A stretch of DNA of 64,000 bases from Candidatus Gemmiger stercoripullorum (GCA_019119365.1 DWXD01000035.1:9271-73270); one strand, 5' to 3'; positions 29,117 through 38,644 are shown, counted from the stretch's first letter. A program made the numbers and translations. The notes: generated from the letters alone by a model not told the origin.

Positions 29117-29234
29117 AGCGGCCTCCCTCGTGCGTTGCGGGCTGAACCCCGCTATCGTTATGCCAAACGGCATAAATCGCCTTTATAATCTTCATAATTC
29201 TAACATAAAACCCCGGGATTGAAAAGGCCCCCGC

Positions 29235-29263
29235 TTGGAAAATGCTTCTTTTTGTGCTACAAT
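29235..29263 (+). promoter_or_regulatory. Putative sigma-A promoter of pepT
   Basis: TTGGAA-17 nt-TACAAT with TG at the extended -10 position. Confidence 0.55.
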
Positions 29264-29306
29264 GCAGACAGTCAACTTTTGAAAAAAGCAAAGGAGAATC
29301 TGCTTT

Positions 29307-30533
29307 ATGCGTGCATACGAACGTTTTCTTCGTTATGTCAAGGTCTATACGACCTCGGACCCCGACAGCGCCGCCCACCCCACCACCGCGCGCCAGCTTG
29401 ACCTGGGCCGCATGCTGGCGGAGGAGCTGAAAGCGCTTGGCCTGCAGGACGCCCGCCTGGACGAACACGGCTATGTCTACGCCACGCTGCCTGCCGCGCC
29501 CGGCTATGAAAAAGCGCCGGGGCTCGGCTTCATCGCCCATATGGACACTTCGCCCGACGCTTCGGGCGAGAATGTTTCCCCGCAGCTGCACGAAAACTAT
29601 GACGGCGGCGACGTGACGCTGCCTGCCACCGGCGCGGTCATGAAGGTGGCGGATTTCCCGTTCCTGGCCGAAATGAAGGGCCAGACCCTCATCACGGCGG
29701 ACGGCTCCACGCTGCTCGGCGCGGATGATAAGGCCGGCGTGGCCGAGATCATGACGATGGCCGAGCGCCTGATTGCCGAAAAGCGCCCCCACGGCAAGAT
29801 CTGCATCGCCTTCACCCCCGACGAAGAGGTCGGCCAGGGCGCGGACCTGTTTGACGTGCCGGGCTTTGGCGCGGCCTACGCCTATACCGTGGACGGCGAC
29901 GACGTCGGCGAGATCAGCTACGAGAACTTCAACGCCGCCGCAGTCAATGTCACGGTCAACGGCTTCTCGGTCCACCCGGGCAGCGCCAAAAACGCCATGC
30001 GCAACGCCCTCAACATCGGCATCGAATTCCACACCGCGCTGCCTGCGTTTGAGCGTCCCGAGCATACGGACGGCCGCGAGGGCTTCTTCCACCTCTGCGA
30101 CATGCGGGGCGATGTGACCAAAGCGGAGCTGGAATACATCGTGCGCGACCATGACGCCGTCCGTTTTGCCGTGCGCAAAGCCCAGCTGCAGAAAATCGCG
30201 CAGGACCTCAACGAAAAGTACGGCGCCGGGACCATCGAACTTTCGATCCGCGACAGCTACTATAACATGCTTGAAAAGATCGAACCGCACTTCCATCTTG
30301 TCGAGAACGCGCGCGCGGCCATCCGCGCGGCCGGCCTGACGCCGCAGGAAACGCCCGTGCGCGGCGGCACCGACGGCGCGACGCTGTCCTACCACGGCCT
30401 GCCCTGCCCGAATCTCGGCACCGGCGGGCGCAACTTCCACGGCCCGTTTGAATGCATCACCGTTGAAAAGATGGACCAGAGCGTCGAAGTGCTGCTGCAT
30501 CTGGCGGACCTGTACAAAGACCGCGCAGAATAA
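29307..30533 (+). CDS. pepT: Peptidase T (M20B tripeptidase)
   Basis: IAHMDTS, LGADDKAG, FTPDEEVG, GFSVHPGSAK, RGGTDG, FHGPFE. Confidence 0.96.
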   Translation: MRAYERFLRYVKVYTTSDPDSAAHPTTARQLDLGRMLAEELKALGLQDARLDEHGYVYATLPAAPGYEKAPGLGFIAHMDTSPDASGENVSPQLHENYDGGDVTLPATGAVMKVADFPFLAEMKGQTLITADGSTLLGADDKAGVAEIMTMAERLIAEKRPHGKICIAFTPDEEVGQGADLFDVPGFGAAYAYTVDGDDVGEISYENFNAAAVNVTVNGFSVHPGSAKNAMRNALNIGIEFHTALPAFERPEHTDGREGFFHLCDMRGDVTKAELEYIVRDHDAVRFAVRKAQLQKIAQDLNEKYGAGTIELSIRDSYYNMLEKIEPHFHLVENARAAIRAAGLTPQETPVRGGTDGATLSYHGLPCPNLGTGGRNFHGPFECITVEKMDQSVEVLLHLADLYKDRAE

Positions 30534-30557
30534 ACGGAAAAGCCTCCGGCCCAGCCC

Positions 30558-30586
30558 TTGACAAACCCGTACCGGTGGGGTATAAT
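30558..30586 (+). promoter_or_regulatory. Consensus sigma-A promoter of tRNA-Gly
   Basis: Exact TTGACA-17 nt-TATAAT, 13 nt before the tRNA. Confidence 0.9.
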
Positions 30587-30599
30587 ACATCTCACCGAT

Positions 30600-30675
30600 G
30601 CGGGATTAGCTCATCCGGTAGAGTGACTGCTTCCCAAGCAGTAGGTGGCGAGTTCGAGACTCGTATCCCGCTCCA
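30600..30675 (+). tRNA. tRNA-Gly (anticodon CCC)
   Basis: 76-nt cloverleaf: GCGGGAT/ATCCCGC acceptor stem, ACTGC-TTCCCAA-GCAGT anticodon arm, GTTCGA T-loop, U73, encoded CCA. Confidence 0.97.
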
Positions 30676-30683
30676 AAATGTAA

Positions 30684-30721
30684 GCCCGAACTCACAGGTT
30701 TTGTGCGTTCGGGCGTTTTTT
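30684..30721 (+). terminator. Intrinsic terminator after tRNA-Gly
   Basis: GCCCGAAC.CACA-GGTTT-TGTG.GTTCGGGC followed by GTTTTTT. Confidence 0.8.
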
Positions 30722-30744
30722 GTACAGCGGCAGGGAGGTCCCTT

Positions 30745-31077
30745 ATGTCCTTTTCGATCCCCATTTATCACTGGTTCCACAACGGCAACCCCTATTCGGG
30801 GGCCGAGGGCGGCATGCGGTTCATCATCACACCCGGCAAACGCCCCGACCCGGCGGATGAAACCGGCAAGAAAAAAGTGGAATACCTCACCGCCACTGTC
30901 TGGCCCGGGCCGTGGAGCCTGGAGCACACAGCGGACGAAAAAAAGCAGCAGGCCGATTTTGACGGCGGTCAGGCCGGGTTGGACGCCGCTGTTGCCTGGC
31001 TGAAAGAGCGCTACGCGGCCGAGCCGGAGCGCTGGGAGAATATCCCTTCGATCCTGGACTGCGAGCCGGACAAATAA
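30745..31077 (+). CDS. Hypothetical protein (110 aa)
   Basis: RBS GGGAGG, ATG 30745; NPYSG..GGMRF, ATVWPGPWSLE; host-like codon usage. Confidence 0.75.
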   Translation: MSFSIPIYHWFHNGNPYSGAEGGMRFIITPGKRPDPADETGKKKVEYLTATVWPGPWSLEHTADEKKQQADFDGGQAGLDAAVAWLKERYAAEPERWENIPSILDCEPDK

Positions 31078-31101
31078 CGCCCGCCGCAACAATCACTGCT
31101 T

Positions 31102-31989
31102 TTGTGCAGAGAGGGGGAGAGCCCTTTGCCGCCGTATACTTACGCGCCGACGGTAGACTTTTTCATCGAGGCGCTCACCCGGGAGACCGGTTATGAGATG
31201 AGCAGCTTCCACACCCACCGCAAGTTTGAGATCTATTATGAGGTGGAGGGAACCCGCCGCTATTTTATCGAGGATTCCGCCTATATCGTCAATGCGGGCA
31301 ACGTGGTTTTGATTGGTGAAAACCAGCTCCACAAGACCGGCGCGGTGGGGGACGGGTCCTCCAGCCGCATCGTCTGCAATTTCAGCGCCGAATATCTTAG
31401 GGAGATCACCCAGGCCTTCCCGGGCGTTGACTTTTTCTCCTTCCTCAGCGAAGAGCGCAACCACCTGCTCAACAGCATCACGGTCAGGCAGCAGAACGAC
31501 ATTTATACCATGCTGCAGCGCATGATCGACATCCGCGACGACGACCCCGCCGGACCGCCGCTGCGCAAGATGATGCTGGCCACGCTGCTTCTGCAGCTCA
31601 AAAAACTGTGCGAAGCGCAGCAGGCCCTTGGCGGGGCGGGCGGCCGCGTGACCAACCGCATCGTCGACGAGGTGCAGAGCTATATCTCGCAGCACTATGC
31701 CGAAAGACTGACTTTGACCGACATTGCGAACCAGTTTTACATCAGCCCGTACTACCTCAGCCGCCTGTTCAAAAAGACGACCAACCTCAGCCTGGTCGAA
31801 TACATCAACGGCGTGCGGGTGAAGGCGGCGCAAAGCCTGATCGAGCGCACGAACGACAGCGTCGAGACGGTGGCCGGGCGCGCCGGGTTCATGACCGGCG
31901 CGCATTTCCGCCGTGTCTTTAAAGAGGCGACCGGCTTTTCGCCGCAGCAGTACCGCCAGTTTTTCCGGCGCATCAACAAAGAAGGCTGA
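31102..31989 (+). CDS. AraC-family transcriptional regulator
   Basis: N-terminal cupin (FHTHRKFEIYY..EG), C-terminal double HTH (LTDIANQFYISPYYLSRLFKK; VAGRAGF...HFRRVFK..TG.SP..YR). True start may be TTG 31126. Confidence 0.93.
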   Translation: MCREGESPLPPYTYAPTVDFFIEALTRETGYEMSSFHTHRKFEIYYEVEGTRRYFIEDSAYIVNAGNVVLIGENQLHKTGAVGDGSSSRIVCNFSAEYLREITQAFPGVDFFSFLSEERNHLLNSITVRQQNDIYTMLQRMIDIRDDDPAGPPLRKMMLATLLLQLKKLCEAQQALGGAGGRVTNRIVDEVQSYISQHYAERLTLTDIANQFYISPYYLSRLFKKTTNLSLVEYINGVRVKAAQSLIERTNDSVETVAGRAGFMTGAHFRRVFKEATGFSPQQYRQFFRRINKEG

Positions 31990-32010
31990 CGCAAGCGTGC
32001 GGCCGTGTAT

Positions 32011-32055
32011 AAAAGCGCTGCCCTGCATCCGTTGGGATGGCAGGGCAGCGCTTTT
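32011..32055. terminator. Bidirectional intrinsic terminator between the AraC gene and tdk
   Basis: AAAAGCGCTGCCCTGC...GCAGGGCAGCGCTTTT. Confidence 0.85.
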
Positions 32056-32080
32056 GTCTGTACAGATCGATTGGGACGGA

Positions 32081-32698
32081 TCAATCGGGCCTTTTTTCCT
32101 TTTGGCGGGCCAGAAAAGCGCGGTATTCGCGGTACCAGCACTGGGGGCAGAGGCTTTCATACTCGACGGCGTCCACCGTGTCGATTGCGACCTGCGCGCC
32201 CTCGAACACAAACTGTCCGTTGACCTTGCGCCCGTTGCACATCGCCTTGCGGCCGCAGGCGCAGATGGTCTTCATCTCTTCGATCGAGTGTGCCAGCTCC
32301 AGCAGCCTTGTGGACCCCGGGAACCCGCGCATCATAAAGTCGGCCCGCAGCCCGTAGCAGATCACCGGGATACCCAGATCGACCGTGACCAAAAACAGCT
32401 GCTCGGCCTGGGCGGGGGTGAAAAACTGGCTTTCGTCGCACAGCACGCAGGCGGGGCGGCCGTTGGCCTCAATGTCGGCTTCGATCAGGGCGAAGATGTC
32501 GGTCTCCGGCCTGACAAGGTGATCCACTTTACAGCTGACGCCCAGGCGGGAAACAATGGCGTCCCCGCCCTTGGTGTCGATGCTGGCTTTTAAGATCACC
32601 ACCCGCATGCCGCGTTCCTTATAATTGAAAGCCACCTGCAGCAGCGCGGTCGTTTTGCCGCTGTTCATGGCGCCGTAGCGAAAATACAGTTTGGCCAT
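32081..32698 (-). CDS. tdk: Thymidine kinase
   Basis: YGAMNSGKTT, DESQF, YGLRADF, C.CGRKA, YESLC..C. Confidence 0.96.
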   Translation of the reverse strand: MAKLYFRYGAMNSGKTTALLQVAFNYKERGMRVVILKASIDTKGGDAIVSRLGVSCKVDHLVRPETDIFALIEADIEANGRPACVLCDESQFFTPAQAEQLFLVTVDLGIPVICYGLRADFMMRGFPGSTRLLELAHSIEEMKTICACGRKAMCNGRKVNGQFVFEGAQVAIDTVDAVEYESLCPQCWYREYRAFLARQKEKRPD

Positions 32699-32734
32699 CG
32701 CCGTTCTCCATTCTTGCCGTTCGTCTGCCCGTGT

Positions 32735-33397
32735 TTACAGTTCCGGGCCGTTTTGTTCGCTGCGCTCCCGCAGGCGGTAGCCAAGGCTCATCAGGCTGTC
32801 GCCCAGGTGCACGTTTTCCACCGTGACGTCCGGGTATTTGACCGAAAGATCATAATGGCTGAAGTTCCAAAAGCCCTGAATGCCCAGCCTTACCAGCTCG
32901 TCCGATACTTCAATGGCGCTCTGGCGCGGTACGCACAAAACGGCCACGACCGGCTTGTGCACCGCACAGAAAGCCTCCAGCTCGTCCAGCGCGTGGATCT
33001 TGACCCCGGCCATCTCCTGCCCGATCAGCGCAGGGTTGATGTCAAACACAGCCAGCAGGCGGTAGCCGTTTGTGTTGCGGGAGATAAAGCTGGACACGGC
33101 GGTGCCCAGCCGCCCGGCGCCGATCAGGATGGTGGGCAGCAGGTTGCCGCTGCCGAACAGCAGCTTGCTGATCTCGGCCAGCAGCACGTCCACCTTGTAG
33201 CCGATGCCCTGCTGGCCAAAACCGCCGAAACAGTTGAAATCCTGGCGGACCTGGCTGGCCGTTGTGCCCATCATGCGGGCCAGCTCGCTGGAGGAGATCT
33301 TGTCGCGCCCGTCCGCCGCCAGGTTGTTTAAGTAACGGTAGTATTTGGGCAGCCGTTTGATGACCGGCAGGGAGACCTTGCTGGTTTGTGCGGGCAT
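32735..33397 (-). CDS. rex: Redox-sensing transcriptional repressor Rex
   Basis: VIKRLPKYYRYL, ISSSEL, QVRQDF..FGGFG..G.GY, IGAGRLG.A. Confidence 0.95.
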   Translation of the reverse strand: MPAQTSKVSLPVIKRLPKYYRYLNNLAADGRDKISSSELARMMGTTASQVRQDFNCFGGFGQQGIGYKVDVLLAEISKLLFGSGNLLPTILIGAGRLGTAVSSFISRNTNGYRLLAVFDINPALIGQEMAGVKIHALDELEAFCAVHKPVVAVLCVPRQSAIEVSDELVRLGIQGFWNFSHYDLSVKYPDVTVENVHLGDSLMSLGYRLRERSEQNGPEL

Positions 33398-33466
33398 ATA
33401 TTTCCCTCCCTTTGGCGCCGGGGCGCAGCAGCCCCGGCGGAAACCTGTAAAAGCAACATTGTAAAA

Positions 33467-33495
33467 AGTATACTGGATTTCCACAGGATTGTCAA
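33467..33495 (-). promoter_or_regulatory. Sigma-A promoter of rex-tdk
   Basis: Minus strand TTGACA-17 nt-TATACT. Confidence 0.75.
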
Positions 33496-33525
33496 TTTTT
33501 TATCACCCGACCCCGGCAGCCGGCA

Positions 33526-33556
33526 AAATGCCGCCCAAATGCCGCCCAAATGTCGC
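33526..33556 (+). repeat. 11-bp tandem repeat (about 2.8 copies)
   Basis: AAATGCCGCCC AAATGCCGCCC AAATGTCGC. Confidence 0.7.
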
Positions 33557-33644
33557 AAAGAAAACGCGGAAGGGCGAAATAATCGGCCCGGCGGCGGGCA
33601 TACTGTTTTTGCCGGACCGCCGGCAGAAAAGGGGAGGGAACGCA

Positions 33645-34379
33645 TTGAAACAGGAAAAGAAAGCGCAGGAGCAAAACAGCGCGCTGACCCCGCAGGAGAG
33701 CGCCGCCGAACTGCGCCTGAAACATGATCTGATCGAGACCGAGGGCATCCTGGCCGCCACGCGCGGCCGCCATGCCATCCACTGCCTGACCGTGATCGGC
33801 ACCATCGAAGGCCACACGCTGGCGCCGGACAACCAGAAAACGACCAAGTATGAACACGTCATCCCGCAGCTGGTGGATATCGAGGAGGACCCCGAGATCG
33901 AAGGGCTGCTCGTCATCCTCAACACGGTGGGCGGCGATGTGGAAGCCGGGCTCGCGCTGGCCGAGCTGATCGCGGGTGTCAGCAAGCCGAGCGCCACCCT
34001 TGTACTGGGCGGCGGCCATTCCATCGGCATCCCGCTGGCCGTGTCGGCGCGGCGCAGCTTTGTTGTGCCGACGGCGACGATGACGGTGCACCCAGTGCGC
34101 CACTCCGGCATGGTGCTGGGCGTGCCGCAGACGCTGCGCTATTTTGAACAGATGCAGGAACGCATCGTCGGCTTTGTGGCCAGCCATTCTTCCATAACGG
34201 CCAAACGCTTTACCCAGCTCATGCACAACACCGGCGAGCTTGTGATGGATATGGGCACCGTCCTGAACGGCCAGCAGGCGGTAGAGGAGGGGCTGATCGA
34301 CGCGCTGGGCGGCCTTGGCGACGCGCTGCAGTATCTCTACCGGGAGATCGAAAACGGGGGCGGCGGGCCGCGGCGTTAA
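33645..34379 (+). CDS. tepA: TepA, ClpP-like protein
   Basis: [49 protein letters not shown] start after GGGAGG; tepA-ftsK order as in other Firmicutes. Confidence 0.9.
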   Translation: MKQEKKAQEQNSALTPQESAAELRLKHDLIETEGILAATRGRHAIHCLTVIGTIEGHTLAPDNQKTTKYEHVIPQLVDIEEDPEIEGLLVILNTVGGDVEAGLALAELIAGVSKPSATLVLGGGHSIGIPLAVSARRSFVVPTATMTVHPVRHSGMVLGVPQTLRYFEQMQERIVGFVASHSSITAKRFTQLMHNTGELVMDMGTVLNGQQAVEEGLIDALGGLGDALQYLYREIENGGGGPRR

Positions 34380-34395
34380 AATCTCGCCAAAAGGT

Positions 34396-34424
34396 TTTAC
34401 AAGCCGGGCATTTCGTGTTAGAAT
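34396..34424 (+). promoter_or_regulatory. Putative sigma-A promoter of ftsK
   Basis: TTTACA-17 nt-TAGAAT. Confidence 0.6.
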
Positions 34425-34512
34425 AAACACTGCAATGCTATAAGGGGCAGCTTGCCCTATTTCCCATAAAAGGTCACAGCCCCGGTGCGGGGCTACATAG
34501 AGGAGTCAACAG

Positions 34513-37500
34513 ATGGCAAAATCCAAACAGGGGACCGGGAAGACGGCCAAACGTGCGTCCGCTTCCCGTTCATCCGGCGGCAAAAGCCGCGCATCGCAAA
34601 ACCGCAGCGGGGCCCGGGCATCCGGCAGCGCCAGCCGCAAAACATCGTCCGGCCGCGCGCAGCGGCGGGCCCAGGCAAGCAACCTTGGCAGCAGTGTGGC
34701 GCTGGCCGGGGTGGGGCTGCTCGTCATCGCGCTCGTGCTCGTGCGCGGGGAGGGCGGCTGGCTCATGCTGCGCAACGTTCTGTTCGGCATTTTCGGCATC
34801 GTGACCTATCTGGTCGGTCCGTTCCTTTTATATCTCGCGTATCTGGTGGCGTCCGGCTACCGGGTCAGCATTTTTGTGGCCAAAATGACGCTGCTGACGC
34901 TGATGGCCGCCAGCGTGCCGGTCGTGTTTTCCCGCTTTGCGGTGCATGAATCCACCGCATGGGATATCATCAAGATGCTGTACAGCTGGGGGCAGACCCG
35001 CTTTTGGGCGGGCGGCGTGTTCGGCGGCATCGGCGCGGTGCTGCTGGCGCTGTGCGGCCGCCCCGGCGCCAACATCATCATGCTGCTGCTGTTTGCGATG
35101 GGGCTGATGGTCTTTTTTGCGCTAACCCCGGCCGATGTTGTGCAGTTCCTGCGCACGGGCGCGGACCGCTGGCAGACCGCCCAGCGCGAGCGCGAGGCGG
35201 AACGCACCGCCTACGATACGCAGCTGTTCGGCCAGCAGCCGGAGGAGGAACCCATCGAAAACCTGACCGGCTCGCTGCCGGAACCGCCGCGCCCGGCCCG
35301 CCACCCGGCTTTTGACGTGGCACCTTATCTGGAAGAGGAAGAAAAAGGCCGCGGCGCATCCCGTGTACCGGCGCAGCACCCCCCCGCGCAGGCGGCCCCG
35401 GCTGTGCCCGCCGCGCACCGTTCGGACTTTGACGTTGACCTCGGTCCCGACGCCTCGACCCGCGCGCTGGAAAACGCCGTGCACAACGACCCGCTCGAGC
35501 GCATCGAGATCGGCCCCGGCGGCACGTTCGGCCTTGACCCGCTGGCCCAGCTGAGCCGCAAGAAAAAAGCGGCCGCCCAACCGGCCCCGGCCCCGGTACC
35601 GGCGGAGAATACCGGAGACTTTGAGCTGCGCCTGGAGCCCGAACCGGAGACCGAGCCCGAAGTGGAGGATGCGGCGGACGAACTGGACGCCCTGATCGGC
35701 CGCGCAATGAGCAATGTCCCGGCCCAGGCCCCGCTGACCCCGGCGCAGGAGGTCTCTTCGGAGATTCGGCTCGACTACCCGCTGCCGGAGGAAGATCCGT
35801 TTACCACCACGCTTGAGCCGGTGCCGCAGCAAGAACCGCCCGCCCCGCAGCCGGCGCCGATCCCCACGCTGGGCGGCAGCTTTGACGAAGAGGACGGGTT
35901 TGACGAATTTGACGAGGATGAGGAGGACGCCGCGGCCGCTGCCTGGAAAGCCGGGGTGCCGGTGTCCGACCTTTTGACCGGCCGTTACCAGCCGCAGGCT
36001 GCACCGGCCGCGCCCGCCAGCCCGGCGGCCGCGCCGGTTGCGGGCCGCCTGCGCGTCAGCACGTCGGTGGGCAATTCGGCCAGCGCGCCGGTGTCCAGCC
36101 CGCCCGCCGCCGCGAAAGCGACGCCGGAAGCGCAGGCGCTGGCGGCGGCCAGCCGTGAACCGGCTGCGCCGTACTGCTATCCTTCGCTCAACCTTTTCAA
36201 TGCCAACCGCCCGGAGGACGAGGCCGGGGCGGTGCGCGAAATGAAACACAACGCCGATGTCCTTGTAAACACGCTGGACAGCTTCGGCGTCAAAACCAAG
36301 ATCCTGGATATCTGCCGCGGTCCTTCGGTCACGCGGTATGAGCTGCAGCCGCAGGCGGGCATCAAGGTCAGCCGCATCACCAGCCTGGCCGACGATATCG
36401 CCCTCAACCTCGCCACGGCGGGCGTGCGCATCGAAGCGCCGATCCCCGGCAAACCTGCTGTCGGCATCGAGGTGCCCAACAAGATCCGTGCCACCGTCAA
36501 CATCCGCAGCGTGTTCGAGGCCCAGAGCTACATCAACATGCGCAGCCCGCTCACCATGGCGCTGGGCAAGGATATTGCCGGGCAGGCCCAGGTGGCCGAT
36601 TTGTGCAAGATGCCGCACCTGCTCATCGCCGGTTCCACCGGCAGCGGTAAATCGGTGTGCGTCAACTCCATCATCATCAGCTTCCTGTTCCGCTCGGGCC
36701 CGGAGGTCGTCAAACTCATCCTCATCGACCCCAAGGTCGTCGAACTGGCGGAGTACAACGGCATCCCGCACCTGCTCATGCCGGTCGTGACCGAGCCGCG
36801 CAAAGCGGCCGGGGCGCTGGGGGCTTCGGTGGCTGAAATGGAGCGCCGCTACAAGCTGTTTGCCGAGAACAACGTCCGCGACATCAAGAGTTACAACAAA
36901 CTCGCCAAGCAGAACCCGGTGCTCGAACATCTGCCCTATATCGCCATCGTGATCGACGAGCTGGCCGATCTGATGATGGTCGCGGGCAAAGAGGTGGAGG
37001 ACTATATCTGCCGCATCGCCCAAAAGGCCCGCGCGGCCGGTATCCACTTGATCGTCGCCACCCAGCGCCCGAGCGTGGACGTCATCACGGGCCTGATCAA
37101 AGCCAACATCCCCAGCCGCATCGCGTTCGCGGTTTCCAGCCAGATCGACTCGCGCACCATCCTGGACTCCGGCGGCGCCGAAAAGCTGCTTGGCAACGGC
37201 GACATGCTGTTCTTGCCGGTGGGCGCGGCCAAGCCGGTGCGCGTGCAGGGCACCTATGTCACTGACGAAGAGATCAGCGCCGTGCTCAACTTTATCAAGT
37301 CGACGAGCAGCGAGCAGTATGACGAAGAGATGATCGCCGAAATGGAGCGCCGCGCGGTGGCCGAAAAGGGCAGCAAGGGCGATGCCGACGAAAGCGACAA
37401 CACCCGCGACCCGATGTTCGAGCAGGCGGTCGAGTGCGTGATCGAAGCGGGGCAGGCGTCCACCAGTCTTCTGCAGCGCCGCTGCAAGCTCGGGTACGCG

Positions 37501-37638
37501 CGCGCGGCCCGCATCATGGACCAGATGGAGCAGGAGGGCGTTATCGGCCCCTACGAGGGCGCCAAACCCCGCAGCGTGCTTGTGACCAAGGCGCAGTGGC
37601 AGGAGCGCAAGCTCAGCGCCGGATATGACGAAGCGTAA
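34513..37638 (+). CDS. ftsK: DNA translocase FtsK/SpoIIIE
   Basis: N-terminal TM helices, long low-complexity linker, GPSVTRYE, HLLIAGSTGSGKS, IDELADLM, ATQRPSVDVITG, gamma domain SLLQRR..LGYARAARIMDQME. Confidence 0.96.
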   Translation: MAKSKQGTGKTAKRASASRSSGGKSRASQNRSGARASGSASRKTSSGRAQRRAQASNLGSSVALAGVGLLVIALVLVRGEGGWLMLRNVLFGIFGIVTYLVGPFLLYLAYLVASGYRVSIFVAKMTLLTLMAASVPVVFSRFAVHESTAWDIIKMLYSWGQTRFWAGGVFGGIGAVLLALCGRPGANIIMLLLFAMGLMVFFALTPADVVQFLRTGADRWQTAQREREAERTAYDTQLFGQQPEEEPIENLTGSLPEPPRPARHPAFDVAPYLEEEEKGRGASRVPAQHPPAQAAPAVPAAHRSDFDVDLGPDASTRALENAVHNDPLERIEIGPGGTFGLDPLAQLSRKKKAAAQPAPAPVPAENTGDFELRLEPEPETEPEVEDAADELDALIGRAMSNVPAQAPLTPAQEVSSEIRLDYPLPEEDPFTTTLEPVPQQEPPAPQPAPIPTLGGSFDEEDGFDEFDEDEEDAAAAAWKAGVPVSDLLTGRYQPQAAPAAPASPAAAPVAGRLRVSTSVGNSASAPVSSPPAAAKATPEAQALAAASREPAAPYCYPSLNLFNANRPEDEAGAVREMKHNADVLVNTLDSFGVKTKILDICRGPSVTRYELQPQAGIKVSRITSLADDIALNLATAGVRIEAPIPGKPAVGIEVPNKIRATVNIRSVFEAQSYINMRSPLTMALGKDIAGQAQVADLCKMPHLLIAGSTGSGKSVCVNSIIISFLFRSGPEVVKLILIDPKVVELAEYNGIPHLLMPVVTEPRKAAGALGASVAEMERRYKLFAENNVRDIKSYNKLAKQNPVLEHLPYIAIVIDELADLMMVAGKEVEDYICRIAQKARAAGIHLIVATQRPSVDVITGLIKANIPSRIAFAVSSQIDSRTILDSGGAEKLLGNGDMLFLPVGAAKPVRVQGTYVTDEEISAVLNFIKSTSSEQYDEEMIAEMERRAVAEKGSKGDADESDNTRDPMFEQAVECVIEAGQASTSLLQRRCKLGYARAARIMDQMEQEGVIGPYEGAKPRSVLVTKAQWQERKLSAGYDEA

Positions 37639-38644
37639 GCGCGCGCCGCGCCGCCCCACAGCGGCCGGGCTCATCGTCTGCGTTGTGTGCGCGGTGCTGC
37701 TGGCCGCGGCCGCCTATCTCATCGAGGCGCGCGGCGGCCTCGGCGGTCTGCCCACCTGGGCCCAGCTGCACGAATGGCTCGGTGTGCCGGTGGACGGCCC
37801 CAGCGCCGAAATGCTTGCGCAGGGCGATGCGGCCGTCACATTTTTCGACGTCGGCCAGGGCGACAGCGTCCTGGTCAGCTGCGAAGGCGAGCATTGCCTG
37901 ATTGACGCTGGTACGCCGGATTCGGCCGATTCGCTCGCCGCCGCGCTGCGTGCGGCCGGGGTGCGGCAGCTCGACTATGTCGTCATGACCCACCCCCACG
38001 CCGACCACATCGGCGGCATGGACACCGTGCTGCAGAACTTTTTGGTGGATACGCTGATCCTGCCGGATCTTTCGGATGCCGACGCGGAAAATGGCCAGCT
38101 CGGGCAGGTGCTCGGCCAGGCCGAACGGGCCGGGGTCGAGACGGTCACGGCGCAGACCGGTCAGACGTATGCACTCGGCAGCGGCACGCTGACCGTGCTG
38201 CTGGCCGGGCTGCCCGGTGCGGAGCCGGAGGACGTCAACGACACTTCGCTCTGTCTGCGCTTTTCGCTCGGGGACTTTGCTTTTCTGGATACCGGCGACG
38301 CCGAGACGGCGGAGGAAGAAGCCCTGGCGGCGCACTGCGGCGCGGGTGTGCGCTGCACGCTGTTCAAGGCCGGGCACCACGGTTCCTCCACCTCCAACAG
38401 CGAAACCCTGCTTGCGCTGGCCCGGCCGCAGGCCGCAGTCGTCAGCTGCGGGCTGGACAACGATTACGGCCACCCGCACGCCGAAGTGCTTGACCGCTTT
38501 GCCGAAAACGGCATCCAAGTTTTCCGCACCGACGAGCAGGGGACGCTGACCTTCGCCGCCCAGGCGGACGGAAGCTGGCGGCTGCTGGAAAAAGCCGGGG
38601 CCGAAAGCGAAGAAGAAAGCGAAGAACAGCGCCCCGCCGCCTGA
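37625..38644 (+). CDS. ComEC/Rec2-related metallo-beta-lactamase-fold membrane-anchored hydrolase
   Basis: FDVGQGDS, LIDAG, THPHADHIGG, NDTS, TGDAE, KAGHHGSSTS, YGHPH, RTDEQG. Confidence 0.88.
   Translation: MTKRKRAPRRPTAAGLIVCVVCAVLLAAAAYLIEARGGLGGLPTWAQLHEWLGVPVDGPSAEMLAQGDAAVTFFDVGQGDSVLVSCEGEHCLIDAGTPDSADSLAAALRAAGVRQLDYVVMTHPHADHIGGMDTVLQNFLVDTLILPDLSDADAENGQLGQVLGQAERAGVETVTAQTGQTYALGSGTLTVLLAGLPGAEPEDVNDTSLCLRFSLGDFAFLDTGDAETAEEEALAAHCGAGVRCTLFKAGHHGSSTSNSETLLALARPQAAVVSCGLDNDYGHPHAEVLDRFAENGIQVFRTDEQGTLTFAAQADGSWRLLEKAGAESEEESEEQRPAA

Noticed and set aside
30600-32100. Possible integrative element at tRNA-Gly
   Set aside because: No integrase, no duplicated tRNA 3' end seen, and host-like composition downstream.
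33490-33510. TTGTCAATTTTTTATCAC as a Rex operator
   Set aside because: Only a partial match to TTGTGAA-N4-TTCACAA, and the left half is explained by the rex -35 element.
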